A stretch of 64,000 bases of DNA, from assembly GCA_963726255.1 (NCBI GenBank), contig CAVSBL010000002.1, positions 2,112,001 through 2,176,000 on the forward strand, given 5' to 3'. A program made the translations under genes and the position numbers. Numbering within the stretch: the stretch's first letter is position 1; every line of letters starts with the position of its first letter. The stretch is from Candidatus Bathyarchaeota archaeon (lineage in GTDB: Archaea > Thermoproteota > Bathyarchaeia > 40CM-2-53-6). The notes below the pieces were generated by a model, which was given only the letters and a program-made list of their open reading frames with translations, searched no databases and had not been told where the DNA came from. Of this stretch, positions 47,752 to 56,964 are shown one piece after another.

Positions 47752-47892
47752 ATGCGACTTGAATCAGAGGTTCGCAGATCCGCGATCCTAGAGCAACACT
47801 TCGTTCATGGTAGATGGAAGATCATCAAGGTCTACATCAAAGGAGAGCTTCGCGAGATCATCGTCAGGAGCAGGGAAGGCTATCATACCTAG
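47752..47892 (+). CDS. small 46-aa hypothetical protein, below the ORF-track cutoff
   Basis: MRLESEVRRSAILEQHFVHGRWKIIKVYIKGELREIIVRSREGYHT*, amphipathic beta pattern, fills a 350-nt gap on the coding strand. Confidence 0.4.
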   Translation: MRLESEVRRSAILEQHFVHGRWKIIKVYIKGELREIIVRSREGYHT

Positions 47893-47987
47893 AAGGCCCA
47901 TCTTCTACTCACACCCATCTAAACGTGCTAGGCAACTTTTGTAATGAGGAAGTCGCTGGTACAACCGTGCTGCGGCCGTGGTAACTG

Positions 47988-49022
47988 TTGGGTGTTGACC
48001 TAGCCGATATCGTACCTGAGCAGGAAATTTCTCTCGACAATCTATCACATAAGACGCTGGCGGTGGACGCATACAACGCGCTGTTCCAATTTCTTGCCAT
48101 AATCCGGCAGCCTGACGGGACGCCGTTGAAGGATCGGCAGGGAAGAATCACGAGTCATCTTAGCGGTCTCTTGTATAGGACGACAAACCTGGCTGAGAAA
48201 GGAGTGAGGCTCGCCTTCGTTTTTGATGGGAAACCGCCGGAACTTAAGGCGCTTGAAATTCGCAGGCGACGGCAGGTGAAAGAGGAAGCCGTGGTGCGAT
48301 ATGAGCGGGCGCTCAAGGAAGGAAAGTTGGAAGAAGCAAGAACATACGCCCAAGCCACCTCACAATTGAAGGATACCATGGTCGAGGACGCCAAGAAACT
48401 TCTCGATGCCCTCGGCGTTGCTTGGATTCAGGCCCCTTCAGAAGGAGAAGCCCAAGCCGCATTCATCGCATCACGAGGGGAAGTCTGGGGCGTTGCCTCC
48501 CAAGACCATGATTCGCTACTTTTCGGGGCTCCAAGAATGGTGAAGAACCTTGCTATCACAGGCCGCAGAAAACTGCCGCGCAGGAATGCCTACGTCGAGG
48601 TCGAACCTAAATTAATTGAATTGGCAAAAGTGCTCGAAGAGTTCTCACTTACAAGAGAACAACTTGTCGATGTGGGCATACTGATAGGGACGGACTTCAA
48701 CCCTGATGGTGTCAAGGGTATCGGCCCCAAAACCGCCGTTAAACTGATCTATGAACACGGTAATCTCGAAAAAGTCATGGCAAGCAACCCGGGCATAATA
48801 ATCCATCCAGAACCGGACCTCATACGGAAAATCTTCCTGCAACCAGACGTAACGCCTAGCTATTCGCTGAAGTGGTCGAAGCCCGATGAAGGGAAGGTCG
48901 TTTCCTTCCTCTGTGGTGAGCGAGATTTCTCCGAAGATCGCGTGCGAAAAGCAGTCTCGAGAATGATAACAGCGGATGCGCCCTCCACACCGAAAAAGAC
49001 ACTTGAGTCTTACTTCAGCTAG
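47988..49022 (+). CDS. fen: flap endonuclease 1
   Basis: MGV, AVDAYN.L.QFL, VFDG.PP, APSEGEAQ, SQD.D, GTDFN, GIGPK, C-terminal PIP-like TLESYF. Confidence 0.97.
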   Translation: MGVDLADIVPEQEISLDNLSHKTLAVDAYNALFQFLAIIRQPDGTPLKDRQGRITSHLSGLLYRTTNLAEKGVRLAFVFDGKPPELKALEIRRRRQVKEEAVVRYERALKEGKLEEARTYAQATSQLKDTMVEDAKKLLDALGVAWIQAPSEGEAQAAFIASRGEVWGVASQDHDSLLFGAPRMVKNLAITGRRKLPRRNAYVEVEPKLIELAKVLEEFSLTREQLVDVGILIGTDFNPDGVKGIGPKTAVKLIYEHGNLEKVMASNPGIIIHPEPDLIRKIFLQPDVTPSYSLKWSKPDEGKVVSFLCGERDFSEDRVRKAVSRMITADAPSTPKKTLESYFS

Positions 49023-49052
49023 AGCACGGTTCGTAATTCGTTTCGTGTCTGC

Positions 49053-49733
49053 CTAGATATTCCAACCGTGCCTTCCCCTCATAGGGACAAAAGCAACTCC
49101 GCCCAAGTTCTCATGCGTAAGCCCGCGGCCTTTCTTTCTTACCCTGACCAGTTCTTGGTAGAACTGAGCCCCACCCACAGGGATGAGAAGGGTGCCCCCT
49201 ACTTTGATCTGGTTTGTGAGCTCGGATGGAATCTCCGGCGCCGCACTCGTCACTATAATCAGGTCGAATGGTGCTTCTGCTTCGAAGCCCTCGGAGGCAT
49301 CTGCTTCAAGGAAGGTTACCCTATCAGCGTACCCTAAGTGTTCCACATTCCTTCTCCCAGACTCTGCAAGTTCTGGCACAATCTCTGCCGACCACACATG
49401 TCCCCAGGTTTCTTTCGGTTGTTCGGAAGGGGCGACTACTTCAGCGTAAACGCAGCTCATGTAACCACAGCCACCGCCGACCTCCAACACGCGCTGGCCC
49501 AATCTCATTTCGCCATATTCACAGAACAGGGCAGTCATGTGGAGGGCGCTTGTCGTTTGGCCGTGCCCGATTGGTATTGGAGAGTCGGCGTAGGCATACG
49601 CCTTAACCTCAGGCGGTAGGAATTCTTCGCGTGGGACTCTGTTCATTGCCCTAATTACTTCCGCAGTTCGTAGAATCCCCTCATCTCTGAGTTCGTCTAC
49701 CGCTTGCCGTCTTAATTCGGCAAAGTCCGTCAA
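49053..49733 (-). CDS. pcm: protein-L-isoaspartate O-methyltransferase
   Basis: VPREEF, AY.D.P.PIG.GQT.S, VLEVG.G.GY, APFD.I.VT.AA, V.FVP. TTG start inferred. Confidence 0.93.
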   Translation of the reverse strand: MTDFAELRRQAVDELRDEGILRTAEVIRAMNRVPREEFLPPEVKAYAYADSPIPIGHGQTTSALHMTALFCEYGEMRLGQRVLEVGGGCGYMSCVYAEVVAPSEQPKETWGHVWSAEIVPELAESGRRNVEHLGYADRVTFLEADASEGFEAEAPFDLIIVTSAAPEIPSELTNQIKVGGTLLIPVGGAQFYQELVRVRKKGRGLTHENLGGVAFVPMRGRHGWNI

Positions 49734-49807
49734 TTCTTTCGGCCCGTAAGCACATGTACAAGCCAATAAGGATTCAAAGGATTGTTGCTGAAGAGGTTTG
49801 GTCTGAT

Positions 49808-50233
49808 TTGAGAAGCGTCGAGGAATTATACGCGCAAGGTCATCCGAACATTCTGGCAAAGCATCCAACCACTTTCGAGGTCACGAAAGATAAGGCGCTG
49901 ACCCTCCGTGGAGACTGTGTCATCGGCGTCAACGCCAACAAAGGGCCCCATGACTTCTCCAATCAATTCATAGATTTGTGCAGGCAAGATGAATCCAGAA
50001 TACAAATTCAATTTCAAGCAGATGGGATTGTTGACTCTATAGAGGGAAGGGGTAGCCGCAAACTTACCTTCAAACATTCGAGCGAATCGGTTGGCAGAAG
50101 GTCGTCGTTTGCTTCAAGTCGTACGATCATGGTTAAGGCGGACAGAGCTGCACGCGACCTGAACCGAGAGCTTATCGACGCCCTAACTCGTAGTGAGGCA
50201 AAGTTGTGGGTTAGAATCACGGTGGAACTCTAG
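49808..50233 (+). CDS. DUF371 domain protein
   Basis: GHPNI.A.H.TTFEVTKD..LT.RGDC.IGV.A.K, ADRAA.DL.R.LI. Confidence 0.9.
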   Translation: MRSVEELYAQGHPNILAKHPTTFEVTKDKALTLRGDCVIGVNANKGPHDFSNQFIDLCRQDESRIQIQFQADGIVDSIEGRGSRKLTFKHSSESVGRRSSFASSRTIMVKADRAARDLNRELIDALTRSEAKLWVRITVEL

Positions 50234-51263
50234 CGCCCACAAATGCGTCGATGGCCACTTGCACACGGTTTGGTGCCACCTCTTTGATCACCTTACAGAA
50301 TCGTATCGATTCCAATCTTCTGCCGTGCGATTCGACAGTGGATCGGAAGGACTCAACGATTGTCTCGAGGTTTTCATCACGCCCTGCGAATGTGTAGAAG
50401 TGTATCATTCCTCCTTCGCCTTTGAGTATCTGGGACGCGGCTGCGAGGTAGCGGCTTGCTTCGGACGGAAGGTTCATTATGACGCGATTGGCGATTCCCC
50501 GTAATTTCATCCGTGCCAATTCTTCAACGTCCCCTAGCATGGGAATCACACGGTCGGCAACGCGGTTTGCAAAGATGTTCTCCTTGAGGTACTTTACAGC
50601 TGAAGGGTTGATGTCGACAGAACACACAGTCGACCGTGGTTGCTGTCTTGCAATCAGTATGGAGTATGGGCCAACCCCAGCAAACATGTCCACGACCGAT
50701 TCATTTGGCATCACCTGGCGCGCAATCCGTATCCGTTCACGGGAAAGCCTTGGGTTAAAGTAGACTGTTGAAGCGTCGAGTTGATAGCGGCATGAAAATT
50801 CGCTGTGAACTGTTTCTGTGCCACCACCTCCCGCCATGACCTCGAACTTACGTGTCCTGAAAGTGCCCTCAACTTGGCCGGATCTTCTTAACGCTAGTCG
50901 GACGTGCTGGTTGATTTTCATAACTTCTTGTCCGATCACCTCTGAATACTGCTCCAAACCTTCGGGTAAGTCAACGACGGCAATGTCTCCGATTACATCG
51001 AAAGACTTTGGTAGTTTTGCTATGAGCCCATCCGGAATTCGACCCCGAAGAGACGCCTGAAGGGTTCTGACAATCTCTTTTGTTTCTTCGAATGAGGCCA
51101 GTTGGGTTTTAACATCGCCTATTTGTTCTCTTATGAGCATGCTTTCGTTTTCTGTCGGCATACGGGTTAGCGGCACGAGAATGCCAAGATGAGTTCGTTG
51201 AAATTGGTGCTTGTTATCAACAAGTCCTAGCTTCCGCAGTAGCCGGAGCCCTCTCTCGGCCAT
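50217..51263 (-). CDS. trm5: tRNA (guanine37-N1)-methyltransferase Trm5 family
   Basis: SFDVIGDIA, ET.H.E, VYFNPRL..ER.R, DMFAGVGP, DINP.A, RVIMNLP. Confidence 0.92.
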   Translation of the reverse strand: MAERGLRLLRKLGLVDNKHQFQRTHLGILVPLTRMPTENESMLIREQIGDVKTQLASFEETKEIVRTLQASLRGRIPDGLIAKLPKSFDVIGDIAVVDLPEGLEQYSEVIGQEVMKINQHVRLALRRSGQVEGTFRTRKFEVMAGGGGTETVHSEFSCRYQLDASTVYFNPRLSRERIRIARQVMPNESVVDMFAGVGPYSILIARQQPRSTVCSVDINPSAVKYLKENIFANRVADRVIPMLGDVEELARMKLRGIANRVIMNLPSEASRYLAAASQILKGEGGMIHFYTFAGRDENLETIVESFRSTVESHGRRLESIRFCKVIKEVAPNRVQVAIDAFVGARVPP

Positions 51264-51404
51264 ATTGAAATGTAAGAGAATTCCATGCTGCGCCGTCAAA
51301 TTCACTCGTCCATCCAAATTCAAGAACTTCAAATGTGGATTAATCCGCACAATGCTAAATACTCAAGCGACCAACTACCAACCGTGATTGAGGCTTTAGC
51401 TTTG

Positions 51405-51743
51405 GTGCAGTGGCGCAGAAGGGAAGAAGTAGTTGGCAAAGACGTAGTCGACAGCGAAGCTAGGAAGTTGGGTATTACGAAGGATTTTGCATGGTCATCT
51501 GACGGTCGGTTAGCGTTGGTCATTGAGGCTAGCGAAGAGGAAGAATCGTATCTTCCATTCGAAGACATTCAAAAGATCGGTGATGTTGTATTCGTAAAGG
51601 CAAGGTCTGCATTGGTCGTTGCACCGTCAGTCACTTGCCCTGTGTGCAAGCACAAGAACTTAGTCGAAGCGAAGTTCTGCGCCAAGTGTGGGCGCCTCTT
51701 GGAAAGCAGAGATGAGAAGAAGGACAGAAAACGTCCGGGATAG
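51405..51743 (+). CDS. PRC-barrel plus zinc-ribbon protein
   Basis: VGK.VVDS.A..LG, IQKIGDVVFV, CPVC...CAKCG. Confidence 0.8.
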   Translation: MQWRRREEVVGKDVVDSEARKLGITKDFAWSSDGRLALVIEASEEEESYLPFEDIQKIGDVVFVKARSALVVAPSVTCPVCKHKNLVEAKFCAKCGRLLESRDEKKDRKRPG

Positions 51744-51895
51744 CTACGCTAAGATGGCCCACGGGCTCCTCTTGTCTTAAGGTAGCTTGCTTTGGGACCT
51801 GACAAGGCCATTACTTGCTTCATATCTACTCAGGGTATGGACAGAAAGCAAAAACACTTTTATTCGCACCGAAACAAGCCCAACGAGTGCCCGGG

Positions 51896-54781
51896 ATGTC
51901 CTTAAAGAGGCCGGCGAGGGATTTGAGCAGAAGGATTATCCCCGCTGTCATATTGATCTTCGCTGTTCTATTTTCCGGAACTAACTACGTTCCGACTGTT
52001 TCCGGCCACGCAAGTCTTTCGCCCGATTTGCATGTTACAGCTGTGACTCCGATACCCCAACTCAGCATAACCGAGTGGGACGTGCCATCTAATCTTGGCG
52101 GGCCAATTGGTGTCGGAATCGACCAACTCGGGAAAGTTTGGATAACCGAGAATGCGACCAGCAAGCTCGCTGTTTTCGACCCGTCCAACAATAATTTCAC
52201 GGAATGGAGTACGCCAACTAATCAAAGTCAGCCACGAAACCTGGTAGTCAAACAGGTCAGCGTCTCAGGTGTGAGCGTAACTCAGGTTTTCTTCACCGAA
52301 TATGCTTTGAATGCGATAGCTCGCTTTGACGTAGGCAGCAATACTTTCACGGAATGGCCGCTCCCCACCGGCAGTAGACCCGTCGGAATCTACGTCGACG
52401 AAAACAATGATATTTGGTTCACGGAGTCGGGTAGAGATGCTATAGGCAGACTGCACACCAGCACCAATAATCTAACCGAGTGGACTTTGCCCGGCGCGAC
52501 TACAATTCCTGGTTCGCCAATTCTGAAACCGTGGGGTATCTACGTTCAAGTAGTCACCAAACCCTCTGCCGCATCCAATCGATTTGTTTGGTTCACTGAG
52601 TCGAGCAGCAACGCGATTGGACGATTGGAGGCAAACAGCAATCGCTTGACTCTGTGGGACCTCAACTCGTTGGGCCTAGGCTCGTACCAGCCGACGGACA
52701 TAACGTACGGTACGGTGACCGCAATTCCATCTATCATCTTTTCAGATGCCAACAGCAATCGGATCTCAATTCTGTGGAATGACACAGGGGGCCCGTTGTC
52801 GACCTATAGAGACGCCATCATCCCAACCGGTGCCGCGGGTCCATCTGGCGTGACGTTTGACTCTGCTCGGAGTGCCGTTTGGTTCGCAGAGAATAACGTA
52901 GGGAACATTGCGAACCTGAATACGACAACCGTACTCAACCCCACGACTCTAACCGCTAACTACTGCACGATCCCCCCAGCCGTGGGAACGCCTTTATGTC
53001 TCTCCCCAGCGGCGATGACTTCGACATTGTTGAGTCCCATCGTCACCGCCAACGTGGCGGCGGTTTCACAGATTCAACCTCCGACCCAAACTTCGAACGT
53101 CGGAATATTTCAAAATTTCAACGGTTATGCAGAGTATAATCTTCCCAACCGCACCGCGGAACCGAACCTCATGGCGCTCGATTCAAGCGGCAATCTCTGG
53201 TTTACGGAAAGCAATGTCACCGTGAATCGCATAGGTCGCATCGGTGTCCCATACGTGTATCAAGTTTCAGCTTTTCCGATTACGCAGACAGTAAACACGG
53301 GAAACACTGCAACCTATACCGTAAACGTGGCTCTAACTTCCGGTACCCCAATACCTGTACAACTTTCACTCATCAACGCCCCCGCCAACGTTACAACCCT
53401 TTTCAACCCACAGCTTCAAGAACCGTCCTTCACATCCACGCTTACCATTGCCACGTCAAGCTCGACACCGACGGGAACTTTTCACATGATTGTCCAAGCA
53501 ATCAGTGGAGGCCAGACCCAATCTGCGGCAATTACTCTCACCGTTCAAACGGGGCCGCCACCAGCGTTCAACTACCAAATTAGCCTGACCAGCCCTGCGA
53601 GCGCAACAATTCCGCAGGGGGAGTCAGCGTCTTTTGGTTTGGCTATTGCATTGCTGAGTGGAAGCTCACAGTCTGTGAATCTCAGTGCCTCCGGGCTTCC
53701 GGCTGGCGCAATTCATTCGTTCACAAACTCCAGCGGACTGGTTCCGTTCTCTTCTACACTCAAGATTCAGACTACTGCGAATACTCCGGCCGGCTCATAC
53801 CCAATCACAATTACAGGAGTATCAAGCGGCGGAGTACAGCGTGATTCGGCTCAGGCCCCTATCTTGGTAATCACCGAAGTGTTCCGAGACTTCAACCTAA
53901 CATCTTCTGTTAATCAAGTCATCCTAGTCCAAGGATCTAAGGCTGACGTGCCAATCACTGTGACCGCAGTCGGAGCCTTTAGCGGTGACGTAAATTTCGA
54001 GGCCACATTCTCGCCCCCAGAGCTTGGCCTAGGGGCCTCTTTCTCGCCGTCCCCCGTGACAGTTCAGGCCAATGGAACTGCACAGACAACAATGGAGATC
54101 ATTGCATTCAAAGGCACATCTGGAACCTATCAGCTCACAATCACCGCAACAAGCTCGAACCCATCTCGAAGCCATCAAATAGTAATGAGCGTTCGTGTTT
54201 CACCCTGCCTCATAGCCACAGCCACCTTTGGTTCCGAGCTAGCACCTGAGGTTCAATTCTTGCGAGGATTCCGCGACCAGCAAATCATGCAGACGTTTGC
54301 TGGATCAAACTTTATGGAAGTTTTCAACGCTTGGTACTATTCGTTCAGCCCCGCAGTGGCACAATATGAGTATTCACACGCAACAACTCGTGCCATGGTT
54401 AAGTTGGCACTCTACCCCTTGATGGGCGTCCTACATCTCTCATCGTCAACCTACGCTTTCGTCGGATTCGAACCGGAAGCAGCTGCCTTAGTTGCTGGCT
54501 TAATCGCCAGTTCTCTCATCGGCCTCGCATACCTCGCCCTGCCGTTAACAGGCGTATTCTGGGTCAAACGAAACAGAATCAACGCCAGAACTAGGCGCAG
54601 AGTTGCGAAATGGATGGCCATCGTTTTCGCGGCCTTGATTGCAGGTTTTGTTGTTTCGGAGCTAATGGCAATAGCAGTCGTAATGATGGTTGCCAGCGCA
54701 GGCCTCGTTTTGACAGCCCTGCTAGCAGGAAGCGTTCTGCCAGCATTCAAACTCGTCGAATTCGTCAAGCGCCGAAACTAA
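51896..54781 (+). CDS. large surface protein: Vgb-lyase-like beta-propeller, three Ig-like domains and CFI-box-CTERM anchor
   Basis: Signal peptide, repeated P.GI..D..G.VW.TE....I.R blades, TP.G.Y.I repeats, CLIATATFGSELAPEVQFLR.FRD...WYY.FSP, C-terminal TMs. Confidence 0.88.
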   Translation: MSLKRPARDLSRRIIPAVILIFAVLFSGTNYVPTVSGHASLSPDLHVTAVTPIPQLSITEWDVPSNLGGPIGVGIDQLGKVWITENATSKLAVFDPSNNNFTEWSTPTNQSQPRNLVVKQVSVSGVSVTQVFFTEYALNAIARFDVGSNTFTEWPLPTGSRPVGIYVDENNDIWFTESGRDAIGRLHTSTNNLTEWTLPGATTIPGSPILKPWGIYVQVVTKPSAASNRFVWFTESSSNAIGRLEANSNRLTLWDLNSLGLGSYQPTDITYGTVTAIPSIIFSDANSNRISILWNDTGGPLSTYRDAIIPTGAAGPSGVTFDSARSAVWFAENNVGNIANLNTTTVLNPTTLTANYCTIPPAVGTPLCLSPAAMTSTLLSPIVTANVAAVSQIQPPTQTSNVGIFQNFNGYAEYNLPNRTAEPNLMALDSSGNLWFTESNVTVNRIGRIGVPYVYQVSAFPITQTVNTGNTATYTVNVALTSGTPIPVQLSLINAPANVTTLFNPQLQEPSFTSTLTIATSSSTPTGTFHMIVQAISGGQTQSAAITLTVQTGPPPAFNYQISLTSPASATIPQGESASFGLAIALLSGSSQSVNLSASGLPAGAIHSFTNSSGLVPFSSTLKIQTTANTPAGSYPITITGVSSGGVQRDSAQAPILVITEVFRDFNLTSSVNQVILVQGSKADVPITVTAVGAFSGDVNFEATFSPPELGLGASFSPSPVTVQANGTAQTTMEIIAFKGTSGTYQLTITATSSNPSRSHQIVMSVRVSPCLIATATFGSELAPEVQFLRGFRDQQIMQTFAGSNFMEVFNAWYYSFSPAVAQYEYSHATTRAMVKLALYPLMGVLHLSSSTYAFVGFEPEAAALVAGLIASSLIGLAYLALPLTGVFWVKRNRINARTRRRVAKWMAIVFAALIAGFVVSELMAIAVVMMVASAGLVLTALLAGSVLPAFKLVEFVKRRN

Positions 54782-56031
54782 GCATCTTTCCTTCTAAGTC
54801 GCAATTGCATTGCCTCTAGCATCACAAGATCTGACACCTCTCTTGCTGGCATGGAGAGCGTTTCAGCAATCGAGCGGATGTCTTCGAATTCAGGTTTCAC
54901 TCTTACAACGTTACCTGATCGGTCTTTCGCAAACTTGACTCTCACATCAAACGTCCTCCCCCCAATTTCCAACTTAATTGTTTCAATCTCCCTTTGTAAC
55001 GTGAACCGATTCCACACTTGAAATCTAACACCGAGTGTGCCTGTCTCTCTAATCATGATCGCAGAGATCTTCTCCGCGTCATCGATCTCGCAAATCGCAT
55101 GCAGAACATGCCCAGGGCGGGTCTTTTTGAATATCGCCGGGGTGACCCACGCATCCATTGCACCCGTTTCGAGGATTTTTTGTAAGGCGTGCCCTAATGT
55201 TTCACCAGGTAGGTCGTCGAGATTCGTCTCGAGGACAAGAATCCTTTCAGAATCGAACTTTCCGGCGATGGCGTGCCCAAGAACGACTCTGAGCAGATTC
55301 GGTGTCTTAGCGAGCTCTTTGCTACCGGCGCCGTACCCGATTTTCTCAGGAACCATAGACGGATACGTTTCGGGGAATCTTTTCGCCAAGCAGGAGAGCA
55401 TCGCTATTCCGGTTGGAGTCGCGAGCTCCTCAGCTTCAGGACCACCAATAAGAGGGATACCATGTCGCCGAGCAATTTCTAGAACTGCGGGCGCTGGTGT
55501 AGAGATGGTTCCGTGAGAGAAAGTAACTAAACCACCGCCGACTGCCACAGGGGTGCCGCATATTTCACCACGAAGAACCCCTAGCGAGTCACACGCAGAA
55601 GCAACTCCAAAAACGTCCGCTAAAGTGTCAGTCGACCCTGCTTCATGTAAATGTGCCCTTGAAAGTTCGACTCCATGGAGTTCACTCTCAACATCAACCA
55701 AGATTTGAACCGAAGCTTCCGCGAAGGACCTCGCTTTCTCGCTTAGGTTTGATGCATGTGCAACATCTTGAGATGCTTGAATGAGTTCTTTGGCTCCGGT
55801 TTCTCCTTCCTCTTCCGAGATTGTAAAATGAACTGCCCTTGTTCTAAATCCGTGTCTGGTGACGTCTGCTGTCTCAAAGCGCAGTGATTTGCACTTCGAA
55901 TAATGTTGGGGAATCAACTTCAAAGTTTCTTGGATATTCTGAATATTTGCTCCGGCGTCGATCAAAGCGCCGAGCAACATGTCTCCAGATATTCCGGCTG
56001 TTTGACAGTCGATGAGAGTGATTCCTGGCAA
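54778..56031 (-). CDS. larC: nickel pincer nucleotide cofactor biosynthesis protein LarC
   Basis: GISGDMLLGALID, HLHE.G..D, HG....PAPA, EL.TPTG, GYGAG, LETNLDD, KK.RP, ETGTLGVR, KPEFED. Confidence 0.93.
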   Translation of the reverse strand: MPGITLIDCQTAGISGDMLLGALIDAGANIQNIQETLKLIPQHYSKCKSLRFETADVTRHGFRTRAVHFTISEEEGETGAKELIQASQDVAHASNLSEKARSFAEASVQILVDVESELHGVELSRAHLHEAGSTDTLADVFGVASACDSLGVLRGEICGTPVAVGGGLVTFSHGTISTPAPAVLEIARRHGIPLIGGPEAEELATPTGIAMLSCLAKRFPETYPSMVPEKIGYGAGSKELAKTPNLLRVVLGHAIAGKFDSERILVLETNLDDLPGETLGHALQKILETGAMDAWVTPAIFKKTRPGHVLHAICEIDDAEKISAIMIRETGTLGVRFQVWNRFTLQREIETIKLEIGGRTFDVRVKFAKDRSGNVVRVKPEFEDIRSIAETLSMPAREVSDLVMLEAMQLRLRRKDA

Positions 56032-56082
56032 ATCTTGTCTGCCCCAGGTACTACTTAGCCCTAGAGCAGAAATAAGTCATTT

Positions 56083-56113
56083 CGGCGAAAGCTATCACGC
56101 GTAATTTTCGCCG
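56083..56113. other. intergenic hairpin between ridA and larC (possible terminator or operator)
   Basis: cggcgaaa (56083-56090) pairs with tttcgccg (56106-56113). Confidence 0.35.
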
Positions 56114-56213
56114 CAAAACCGTCCTAGTTGAAGAAAGGTAAGCCATTCTCAGTAGCGCACAATCTCTGCCAAGGAAGATGCGAAATGGGTTAAGTCGTTT
56201 GGGTCTGAACGAA

Positions 56214-56594
56214 CTATTCCTCGTAGGCGATGGCATCAATCTCGATGAGCATGCCCGGTGCGGGTAGTTTCGCCTCGACGGTGGTTCTTGCTGGTGGATT
56301 CTCAGGAAAGAAAGTCTTGTAGACTTCGTTCATCTTCTTGAAATCATCAAGGTTCTTCAGAAAGATGGACACTTTGACAACATCGCGCATTGAAAGGCCG
56401 GAAGCCTCCACAATACCTTTGATATTTGTCAATACTTGGCGAGTTTGAGTTTCCACGTCCCCACCCAACTGCCCGGTCTTTGGGTCGCTCGGTCCTTGCC
56501 CGGCCACGAACAGAAAGTTGCCTGCTTTGACTCCTTGGGAGTAGGGGCCTATTGGCTGTGGGGCGTTAGGTGTTCGGATGTATTGCTTTGCCAT
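56214..56594 (-). CDS. ridA: RidA/YjgF family reactive enamine deaminase
   Basis: AP.PIGPYSQ, FVAGQ, MNEVY..FF...PPAR, LIEID.IA. Confidence 0.93.
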   Translation of the reverse strand: MAKQYIRTPNAPQPIGPYSQGVKAGNFLFVAGQGPSDPKTGQLGGDVETQTRQVLTNIKGIVEASGLSMRDVVKVSIFLKNLDDFKKMNEVYKTFFPENPPARTTVEAKLPAPGMLIEIDAIAYEE

Positions 56595-56615
56595 TTCAAA
56601 CACTCTACTCGCATA

Positions 56616-56894
56616 CTATGCTCCTGATTGCAGGTTGAACGGCTTTCCTTCTTGGAGTGTCTTCTGCGGGATCTTCTCCTTCCATTTTTGCAGGAATGGG
56701 AAGTCTTCGCTCCGTTCTCTCAACTCGTCAGGCAGCATATGTGGGATTTCATCTATGATGGGATACCAGCGATTGCATTTTGGACAGGTGATCATCCCAG
56801 AACTGACCTCTTCTTTCTCTTCAAAGACCAGCAGTTCAAGCGGATAGAACTTGTCTATTGGGCAGGCTAGAATATCCATCAATTTCCGTTTCAA
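56616..56894 (-). CDS. trm112: Trm112 family methyltransferase activator
   Basis: LMDILACP.D, CPKC.RWYPI.D.IP.MLP. Confidence 0.92.
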   Translation of the reverse strand: MKRKLMDILACPIDKFYPLELLVFEEKEEVSSGMITCPKCNRWYPIIDEIPHMLPDELRERSEDFPFLQKWKEKIPQKTLQEGKPFNLQSGA

Positions 56895-56964
56895 CGCAAA
56901 ACCATCCGTCATCTACTCAGCACCCAACTGAAATATACCATTTTGGCTTGTCTTTCTAGAGAAA

